64,000 nt of DNA from Buchananella hordeovulneris (GTDB taxonomy: Bacteria > Actinomycetota > Actinomycetes > Actinomycetales > Actinomycetaceae). Shown here piece by piece: positions 24,001-32,000 of this stretch. The position numbers were made by a program, and so were the translations under genes. How positions within the stretch are numbered: the stretch's first letter is position 1; the number at the start of each line of letters is the position of its first letter. The notes under the pieces were generated by a model. The model was not told the DNA's origin, did no database searches, and saw nothing but the letters and a program-made list of their open reading frames with translations. The DNA is taken from contig JAUMWR010000002.1 in assembly GCA_030529545.1 (NCBI GenBank), positions 113 through 64,112 on the forward strand. The letters run 5' to 3'.

Positions 24001-25140
24001 ATGCTGCGCGGCGCGGCCCGTGTCACAGCTCCCGCCCGCGCGCACCAGCTGGCTGGCGTTCCCGCCCCGGTCACGTGTGAAAATAGCGCCGTGCGTGATC
24101 TCAACCTGCTTCCCAAGACGCACCTTCACCTCCACTTCACCGGCTCCATGCGGCCCTCCACGCTGCGCGAGCTGGCACTCGAGAAGGGCGTGCGCCTACC
24201 GGCTACTTTGACGGACGACGTTTATGACGTCCCCGCCGATCAGCGCGGCTGGTTTCGCTTCCAACGCTCCTACGACGCCGCTCGCGCGCTCGTGCGCAGC
24301 GAGGCCGTCATGCGCCGCCTGGTGCGGGAGGCCGCAGAGGACGACGCCGCCGAGGGGTCGCGCCGCCTAGAGATCCAGATCGATCCCACCAGCTACGCAC
24401 CCTTCACCGGCGGGATCACCCCCGCGCTGGAGATCGTCCTGGATGAGGCCAAGTCCGCCTCCGCCGCCACCGGCGTGGAGGTGGCCGTCATCGTCGCCGC
24501 CTCCCGCACCCGGCACCCGCTGGAGGCGCGCACCCTGGCCCGCCTGGCGGCCCGCTACGCCGGCCAGGGCCCGGGCGAGGTGGTGGGTTTTGGTCTCTCC
24601 AACGACGAGCGCCGGGGCGTGACCTCCGAGTGGGCGCATGCCTTCAAGATTGCCCGCAACGCCGGGCTGGCCGCCCTGCCCCACGGCGGGGAGCTGCTGG
24701 GCGCCGAACACGTGCGTGAGGTCGTCACCCACCTAGGCCCCACCCGCCTGGGCCACGGGGTGCGCACTGCCGAGGACCCGCGCCTGCTGGAGCAGGTGGT
24801 GGCCGCCGGGATCGCCTTCGAGGTCTGCCCCGCTTCCAACGTGTCCCTGGGTGTGTTCACCGAGACCCGGCACGTTCCCCTGCAGGCCCTCATGCAGGCT
24901 GGGGCGATGATCGCGCTGGGCGCCGACGACCCCCTCATTTTCGGTTCGCGCCTCACCGCCCAGTACGAGGCGACGCAGAACAGCCACGACCTCAGCGACG
25001 CCCAGATGGCCCAGCTGGCCCGCACCTCCGTCCTGGCCAGCCTGGCCAGCGAGGACTCCAAGCGCAAGTGGCTGGCGCAGATCGACGCCTGGGAGGCAGC
25101 AGCCATTCCCGTCGCCGCACCCGGCCAAGGACGCGCGTAA
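24001..25140 (+). CDS. add: Adenosine deaminase family protein
   Basis: Contains the HLHLHFTGS metal-binding motif and shows family similarity throughout. The true start may be the GTG at 24091 (VRDLNLLPKTHLH…). Confidence 0.8.
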   Translation: MLRGAARVTAPARAHQLAGVPAPVTCENSAVRDLNLLPKTHLHLHFTGSMRPSTLRELALEKGVRLPATLTDDVYDVPADQRGWFRFQRSYDAARALVRSEAVMRRLVREAAEDDAAEGSRRLEIQIDPTSYAPFTGGITPALEIVLDEAKSASAATGVEVAVIVAASRTRHPLEARTLARLAARYAGQGPGEVVGFGLSNDERRGVTSEWAHAFKIARNAGLAALPHGGELLGAEHVREVVTHLGPTRLGHGVRTAEDPRLLEQVVAAGIAFEVCPASNVSLGVFTETRHVPLQALMQAGAMIALGADDPLIFGSRLTAQYEATQNSHDLSDAQMAQLARTSVLASLASEDSKRKWLAQIDAWEAAAIPVAAPGQGRA

Positions 25141-25313
25141 CCCAACGCGGCGCGCAAGCAGCCGGCTCACGCGGACACAGAGCGCTTGCTTGGCCCTAGT
25201 GACGCGCCACGCGCGCGGCCAACAGGATCCCGCGGGCAGAGAGCACTCGGCCCAATGCCCGGCTCCTTCGGGCCGCCCGGCTCCGCCCTCCTCCAGCGCT
25301 GCAGAGACCGTGC

Positions 25314-26465
25314 TTAGACGCGCACCGGCTCCGCTTCGAGCTCGATACCGAACTTCGCCCGCACGCCGGCGACCACGGCCGCCGCCACCGCCTCCACGTC
25401 GGCCGCGCTCGCGCTGCCCCGGTTGGTGATGGCCAGCGAGTGCTTGGTGGACAAGCACGCCCGCCCCTCGGTGAGCTCCAGCCCAAAGCCGCGCTCAAAG
25501 CCGGCGTTGCTGATCAGCCACGCCGCCGACGTCTTCACCACGCCCGGCACCACCGGCCCCTGTACGCCGATGTTGGACGCCAGGGCACCATCGCGCACCT
25601 CGAAGCGCGGTGCCCCCTCCGGCAGGCCGGCGGCAACGTCGGCCGTCAACACCGGATTCAAGAAGAAAGAGCCGGCAGAGAACGTGTCCGGGTCGGCGTC
25701 GTCCAGCAACATCCCCTTGCCCCGGCGCAGCTCCAGCACTGCGGCGCGCACGTCCGCACTCGGGGCGCGCTCACCCAGCTCCACGCCCAGCTTGGCGGCC
25801 AGCTCCTTGTAGCGCACGGGAGCGGACAGGGAGGCGTGGCGCAGCTGCCAGTTAGTCGAGAGCACCACGTAGCGGCCCGTCGGGCCCCACTGCCCGCTCT
25901 GGCGGGAAGTCTTCAGCACCGAGGTGCGGTAGCCCAGCTCGAGCTCCCCCACCGCCAGCAGGCGAACCCGGCCCCGCTCGCGGTCAAAGACGCGCACGCT
26001 CGCCAGCGTCTGCGACACCTCGCTACCGTACGCCCCCACGTTCTGCACCGGCGCGGCGCCCACGGTCCCCGGGATGCCGGACAGAGCCTCCAGGCCCATC
26101 CAGTCCTCGCTCACCGCGCGGGCAACCAGCTCGTCCCACGGCAGACCCGCCGTGACCCGCAGGGAGACCCCGCCGCAGGAATCGTTGGCCTCCACCTCGA
26201 TCTCCTGGCGCGCATCGCGTAGCACCACGCCCGGGAAGTCAGCGTCGCTGGCCAGGATGTTAGAGCCGCCGCCCAACACCAGCAGGGGCGCGCCGGCGGC
26301 GTCGGCCTCCTTGATGGTGGCAACCATCTCCTCCTCGCTGGCCGCCTCCACGTAGGAGGCCACCGCGCCGCCCACACGCAGCGTGGTCAAATCCGCCAAG
26401 CGCGGGGCGCTCACCGAGCCAATCTGCGCGCGCAGGGACTTTACCGGGGGTACGACGTTGCTCAT
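25314..26465 (-). CDS. murB: UDP-N-acetylenolpyruvoylglucosamine reductase (MurB)
   Basis: Has an FAD-binding domain (…LRVGGAVASYVEA…LLVLGGGSNIL…) and MurB C-terminal motifs. The ATG overlaps the stop of the upstream MFS gene. Confidence 0.9.
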   Translation of the reverse strand: MSNVVPPVKSLRAQIGSVSAPRLADLTTLRVGGAVASYVEAASEEEMVATIKEADAAGAPLLVLGGGSNILASDADFPGVVLRDARQEIEVEANDSCGGVSLRVTAGLPWDELVARAVSEDWMGLEALSGIPGTVGAAPVQNVGAYGSEVSQTLASVRVFDRERGRVRLLAVGELELGYRTSVLKTSRQSGQWGPTGRYVVLSTNWQLRHASLSAPVRYKELAAKLGVELGERAPSADVRAAVLELRRGKGMLLDDADPDTFSAGSFFLNPVLTADVAAGLPEGAPRFEVRDGALASNIGVQGPVVPGVVKTSAAWLISNAGFERGFGLELTEGRACLSTKHSLAITNRGSASAADVEAVAAAVVAGVRAKFGIELEAEPVRV

Positions 26466-27748
26466 GACGCCACCTTAGCCGCGCCGCCCGGCTCACCGGC
26501 GCCCGGCTCACCGGCGCCCCGGCCCGCCGTGACCTCGCTGGGACGCAGCGGGCGGGCCGCACCCGAGAACAACAGGCCCACCGCCACCGGCAGCGCCAAC
26601 ACGCCCAGGGTGGGGCGGTAGCCGATGTACTCGGCCAGTTCGCCCAGCAGCGGCGGGCCCACCAGGAACGCGCCGTAGCCCAGCGTGGAGACCGCAGAGA
26701 TCGTGGCCGCCGCCTTCAGCGGATCGTCCCCCGCCGCGCCCAGTGCCAGCGGGAAGCCGAGCGCGCTGCCCGCGCCCCACGCCAGCGCTCCCACAAAGGC
26801 CAGCCACACCCACGGGGAGAGCACAAAGACCGTGACGCCCGCCAGGGCCAACACGAACGACAGGCGCAGCGCCCCCACGCGGCCCCGCTTGGCCACCAGG
26901 GCCGTGCCGGCAAACCGGACGCTGGTCATGCCGACCACGAAGATGCCGTAGCCCACCGCCGCGAGCGCGTTGGAGATCCCAAAGGCCTCGATGCTGGCCA
27001 GCGCCAGCCAGTCGGCCGCCGCGCCCTCCGTCAGTGCGATGCCCAGCAGCACCATGCCGAGCGCCCACGTGCGCTTCTCCCGCCAAGCGCGCGCCGAGCT
27101 GTAGTGGGGGTAATGCTTGCGCTCCTGCTTCTTGGGGCGCGGCTCATCCGGCAGGAAGTAGCGGATCGAGTACCAGATGGCCGGCACCGTGAGCGCCCCC
27201 AGGGCACCCACGTGCCACTGGACCGGGATGTGCAACGCGGAGGCCGCAGCGCCCAGGCCGGCGCCCGCCACCGTGCCCAGCGAGAACCCCCCGTGGAACT
27301 GGGGCATGCGCTCCTCCCCGCTGGTGCGGTCCACGTGGGCGCCGTGCATGTTGACCGCCACGTCGTAGAGACCAAAGCCGATGTTGACGACGAACAGCGC
27401 CCCGGCCACCGCCACCATCACGCCTGCGGCCGTGAGCCCCGCCGCAGCCGCGTAGCCGAGCGCGATCAGCGGGTAGAAGAAGGCCACCGCGCGGCGCACC
27501 CCGATGCGGGCGCTCACCGCCCCGGCGATCGGCAAAGTCGCAATCGAGCCCAGCGAGGCAACGAACATAATCCGGCCCAGCTGGGAGGCGGACAGGTCAA
27601 GGGCGTCGCGCACCGCCGGCAGGCGGCTCATCCACGAGGAGAACACCAGGCCGGGCCAGAAATAAGACAGGAACGTCACCCACTGGGTAAAGCGCATAGC
27701 CCGACTCACGGCGGGCTGCGGGGACGGCGGCTGCGGGGAATGACTCAC
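26462..27748 (-). CDS. MFS transporter
   Basis: This 428-aa protein has 12 predicted TM segments. Its C-terminus has the tandem repeat GAGEPGAGEPGG, and the DNA repeat is visible at 26480-26510. Confidence 0.8.
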   Translation of the reverse strand: MSHSPQPPSPQPAVSRAMRFTQWVTFLSYFWPGLVFSSWMSRLPAVRDALDLSASQLGRIMFVASLGSIATLPIAGAVSARIGVRRAVAFFYPLIALGYAAAAGLTAAGVMVAVAGALFVVNIGFGLYDVAVNMHGAHVDRTSGEERMPQFHGGFSLGTVAGAGLGAAASALHIPVQWHVGALGALTVPAIWYSIRYFLPDEPRPKKQERKHYPHYSSARAWREKRTWALGMVLLGIALTEGAAADWLALASIEAFGISNALAAVGYGIFVVGMTSVRFAGTALVAKRGRVGALRLSFVLALAGVTVFVLSPWVWLAFVGALAWGAGSALGFPLALGAAGDDPLKAAATISAVSTLGYGAFLVGPPLLGELAEYIGYRPTLGVLALPVAVGLLFSGAARPLRPSEVTAGRGAGEPGAGEPGGAAKVAS

Positions 27749-27876
27749 TCCCCCATGATTCCCCCTCAGGGGCTAGTCCCACAATTTGGGCAGGCGCGTC
27801 CAGGGCCGGTGGGGCGGCCGCGCGCCAGCGCGGCCGCAGCCAGCCCCGCTGCCCGCCTGGCCCAAACCGGCGGCTT

Positions 27877-28875
27877 TTAGCCCTCAGCCACCACTGCGGA
27901 AGCCCGGGACAGCACCGGCTTGCCCCCGCTGGTGACGTTCAAAGTCACCTTGCCGCCCTCGCCGCGCTCGCCGGAGATCAGCAGCTCAGCACCCTGCACC
28001 GGGTCCACCACCACCATGCCGGAGAACGAGGCGCGCAGCTCCTTGACCTTGCCACAGCCCGCGTAGCTCTCCACCGCAGATGCCACCAGGGCCAGCGTCA
28101 GCATCCCGTGCGCGATCACGCCCGGCAGACCCGCGCCCTTAGCCACCGCCGGGTTGTGGTGAATCGGGTTGAAGTCCCGCGACGCCCCTGCGTAACGCAC
28201 CAGGTCAGTCAGGCTCAGCACTACCCGGAAGGCAAAATCGGCGCCCTCCACCTCCACGGCTTCCAACTCCGGCGGCGTCAGGCTCCACTCCGCCAGGCTC
28301 TGCCCGCTGGCCTGCCACGGCGCCACGTGCTGCGCCTCCTGCGCCCCCTCCGGGGCCGCAGTGCCCTCCGCACTCTCCGGGCCGGCCGTGCCAGCGGCGG
28401 TCCCCTGCTCCCCCGCCCCGGCGGCGGGCGCCGGCGGCATCACCGCCAGCGTCGACTCGACCACCGCGGCCAAGCCGCGCGGCCCGTGTACCTCCGTCCG
28501 GGACGCCAGCGTGCGCAGCGGACCGCGCTCCACCAGGCGCTTAACCCCCGGCAGGGCGGTCAGCTCATCGCCGGCCAGGATCGGCTCGTGCAAGACAATG
28601 GACTCGCTGCCGTGCAACACCCGGGAAAAGTCCACACCCAACTCCGGGTCCGCGATCAGCACCGCAGCGGCGCGCTGCGCCACGACGGCGGCGAACGTGG
28701 GGGCGGCCGGCGGAACGTCGTCCCCCACCCCGCCAACCGGGGCGGGCTCCCCCATCCCAGGGGTGGCCTTCCCCCACGGGCGCGCCGTGGCGGTGTTGAA
28801 GAAAGCCAGGTGCTCGGCACCCACGTGATAGGAGATCGGGGCGTACTTGCCGGCTACTGCGTTGTCCATACCCAC
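27877..28875 (-). CDS. Fused double hotdog-fold (MaoC-like) dehydratase, HadA/HadB-like, with N- and C-terminal halves joined by an Ala/Gly-rich linker
   Basis: The N-terminal half is UPF0336/HadA-like. The C-terminal half carries MaoC dehydratase motifs (…YAGASRDFNPIHHNPAVAKGAGLPGVIAHGMLTL…). In Mycobacterium, hadABC lie next to rpmG. Confidence 0.8.
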   Translation of the reverse strand: MGMDNAVAGKYAPISYHVGAEHLAFFNTATARPWGKATPGMGEPAPVGGVGDDVPPAAPTFAAVVAQRAAAVLIADPELGVDFSRVLHGSESIVLHEPILAGDELTALPGVKRLVERGPLRTLASRTEVHGPRGLAAVVESTLAVMPPAPAAGAGEQGTAAGTAGPESAEGTAAPEGAQEAQHVAPWQASGQSLAEWSLTPPELEAVEVEGADFAFRVVLSLTDLVRYAGASRDFNPIHHNPAVAKGAGLPGVIAHGMLTLALVASAVESYAGCGKVKELRASFSGMVVVDPVQGAELLISGERGEGGKVTLNVTSGGKPVLSRASAVVAEG

Positions 28876-28973
28876 AGCCTAGTTACGCCCGGGCTCCCTC
28901 CGTCTTGCCGTCTCCCACCACACCCATCCCGCTGCACTGGTGGAATCCACCAAGTAAGTCCGGGAAGCAAGAG

Positions 28974-29013
28974 GGGCTCGGGGCCCGCGCCTTTCGTCGC
29001 GGACCCCGAGCCC
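28974..29013 (-). terminator. Candidate terminator downstream of the giant surface-protein gene
   Basis: A GGGCTCGGGGCCCGCG…CGCGGACCCCGAGCCC stem is followed on the minus strand by CTCTTGCTTCC. Confidence 0.5.
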
Positions 29014-29028
29014 ATTTGGAGCTAGCTA

Positions 29029-32000
29029 CTACTGCTCCTTACGGCGGCGCAGCATCAGCATGAACACGCCACCAGCCAGCAACGCGAGCGCGGCAGAACC
29101 CACCACAATCGCGTCGCTACCGGTCTTGGCCAGCTTGCCGCCCTTGCCGCCCTTGCCTGCAGACGGAGCCACAGAGGGCTGCCCAGCGGAGGGAGCCGGG
29201 GTCGGGGTGGCCGTGGGGCCGGGCACTACGACCTTGGTGTAGACGTTCTCGAACTTAATGGCCACAACCTGGTCCTTCGCCGCAATCTCTGCGGTCTGCG
29301 GGGCCTGGGGAGCCAGCGTGTAACCGGAGAGCGCAGCGGATGCGGCGTCCTCGGTCACCGTGCACAGGGTACCCACGCGGAGGTCCTTGGCCACCTCGAC
29401 AGCAACGCCATCGCCCTTGACCATCGCCTGGCCAGAGGCCTCGCCACAGGTCCAGGAGAACTTGAAGTCCTTGCCGGTAGCATCGGCGCCCTTGACGGTC
29501 TTGGCCAGGGTGAGAGAGCCAACGTGCGCGGTGTAAGTGTTGGCAGCCGCCACGACAACCGCAGCGCCCTTGTCAACGTCGAACTCCACCTTGCTGCCCG
29601 CAGTGACGACGCCGGCCGCAGTGAAGGCGGTGACCAGGTCGGTGTTAGCCACAGCCGCGTCAGCCTCAGTCACAACGCACTTACCAGTCGGGACCTCCTC
29701 CACGGTCTTGGACTGGCCAGCCTTCAGCTCGAAGGCGCCCTTCTTCTCTGCGCCGTCGACGCCGGTGCAGGTGTAGTCGAAGGAGAACGCCTTGTCCTTG
29801 GCCAGGTCGCTTCCGGTTCCCGCAACCGTCTTGGTCACCGTGAAGCTGCCCAGGTCGCGCACATAGGTGTTCACGAACGTAGCCTCGACCGGGCCGTCCT
29901 TGACGATGGTTACTTCCACCGGGGCCGGGGCGGCAAGGGTGAATCCGGTCTCGCTGGCGTTGGTGGCGTCCTCGGAGACCGTGCACTTGGTGCCGACGCG
30001 GAAGTTCTTGCCAACCGGCACGGCCACGCCATCGCCCTTAGCGGTCAGGATGCCGGACTCCCCACCACAGGTCCAGTTGAACGTGAAGTCCTTGGCGGCG
30101 ACGGAGGCAGGCCCACCGGAGACGGTCTTCTTCACCTGGAAGCTGCCCACGTGAGCGGTGTAGACGTTGTCCACCACCACGGCAGTAGTCTTGCCCTTGA
30201 TAATCGGGACGCCGATGAACTCGGTGGTGACTGCCTCACCGTCCACGGTGGAAACAGCGGTGAAGTCCGCATTGTCCACGGCGGTCTCGATCTCCTGCAG
30301 GCCACATGCCCCCACCGGGAGGTCGGAGAACGTCGCGGTCTTGCCGACCTCTACGGTGACCACACCCGAGGACTCGGTGCCATCCACGCCCAGGCAAGTC
30401 CAGTTGAACTTGAACTGCTTGCCAGCGGCCAGATCAGCGCCAGTGCCGCTGACCTTCTTCTCCAGGGTGAAGCCACCCTTGTCCTGGGCATAAGTGTTGG
30501 TCACGGTCACCAGCTTGGGCGCGCCCTCGGTGACGGTGAAGGTCTGCGCCACCGGCGCGGTCAGGGTGTAACCCAAGACCCCGGCGGTAGCAGCGTTCTC
30601 AGTCACCGTGCACTCGGTGCCAGTCGGGAACTGCTTGCCCGCCGCAACAGCGACCCCGTCGCCCTTAGCGGTAAGGGTGCCGCTCTCCTGGCCACACGTC
30701 CAGTTGAACGTGAAGTCCTTGTCAGCCACCTTGGCAGCGGCGATGCCGGCAACGGCCTTCTTCACCTCGAAGCTACCCATCTTGCGGGCGTAGGTGTTGG
30801 TGAAGGTAATCTCCGCCGGAGCGGCGCCCTCCACGATCTCAACGGTCTGCGCCGCAGGAGCGGTCAGCGTGTAGTTGTCGATGGCTGCGCTCGCGGCGTC
30901 CTCGGTGACGGAGCAGGAGCTGCCCACCGGGAACTGCTGGCCCGCCGCAACAGCGACCCCGTCGCCCTTAGCGGTAAGGGTGCCGCTCTCCTGGCCACAC
31001 GTCCAGTTGAACGTGAAGTCCTTGTCAGCCACTTCGGCAGCCGGCACGCCGGTGACAGCCTTCTTCACCTGGAAGGTAGCCATCTTGCGGGTGTAGGCGT
31101 TGGTGAAGGTGACAGCCTTCGTCTCGCCCTTGACGATCGCGATGGTCTGCGCCGGCGGCACGGACAGGTTGTATCCCGCGATGACGGCGCCGGCCGCATC
31201 CTCGGTGATGGTGCAGCTAGTGCCAGCGCGGAAGTCCTTACCTACCGCGACGGCCACGCCATCGCCCTTAACGGTGAGGTTGCCATTCTCCTGACCGCAG
31301 GTCCAGTTGAACGTGAAGTCCTTACCGGCAGGCTCTACGCCGGTAACGCTCTTGGCCACGGTGAACGTACCCACGTGAGCGGTGTAAACGTTCTCCACCA
31401 CCACGGCGGGGGACGTTCCCGGCTCGACTACAACGCCGATCGCCGGCGTCGTGACTGCCGCGCCGTCCACAGTCCGCACCACCCGCAAATCGGTGTTGGC
31501 GATCTCCGCGTCCCGTTCCTCGACTGCGCACGCGCCAGCGGGCACGTCGGTGAAGGTCTTGGTGGCGCCAGCCGCGAGCTTGAAAGTCTCGGTGGTCTCC
31601 GCCCCGTCCACGGAACGGCAGGTCAACTGGAAGTTGAACTCCTTGCCCGCAGCCAGGTCAGCACCAGTACCGCTGACCTTCTTCTGCACGGTGAAGTCAC
31701 CCTTGCCCACGGTGTAGGCGTTTGCAAAGGCAGCCTCGTGGTCATCGCCGGTGGCGATAGTGAAGGTCTGCGCTGCCGGGACGGTGAGCTCGTAGCCGCG
31801 CACCGCAGCGGCGGCAGCGTCCTCCGTCACCGTGCACTCGGTGCCAGTCGGGAACTGCTGGCCCGCCGCAACAGCGGCCCCGTCGCCCTTAGCAGTGATG
31901 GTGCCGCTCTCCTGGCCACACGTCCAGTTGAACGTGTAGTCCTTGGCCGCCGCCGCAGCAGCGGGGATGCCGGTAACCGTCTTCTTGACGTGGAAGGTGC

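Noticed and set aside
26480-26510. Tandem 15-bp repeat GGCTCACCGGCGCCC x2
   Set aside because: It is a simple in-frame duplication encoding GAGEPGAGEPGG at the MFS C-terminus and is not a separate element.
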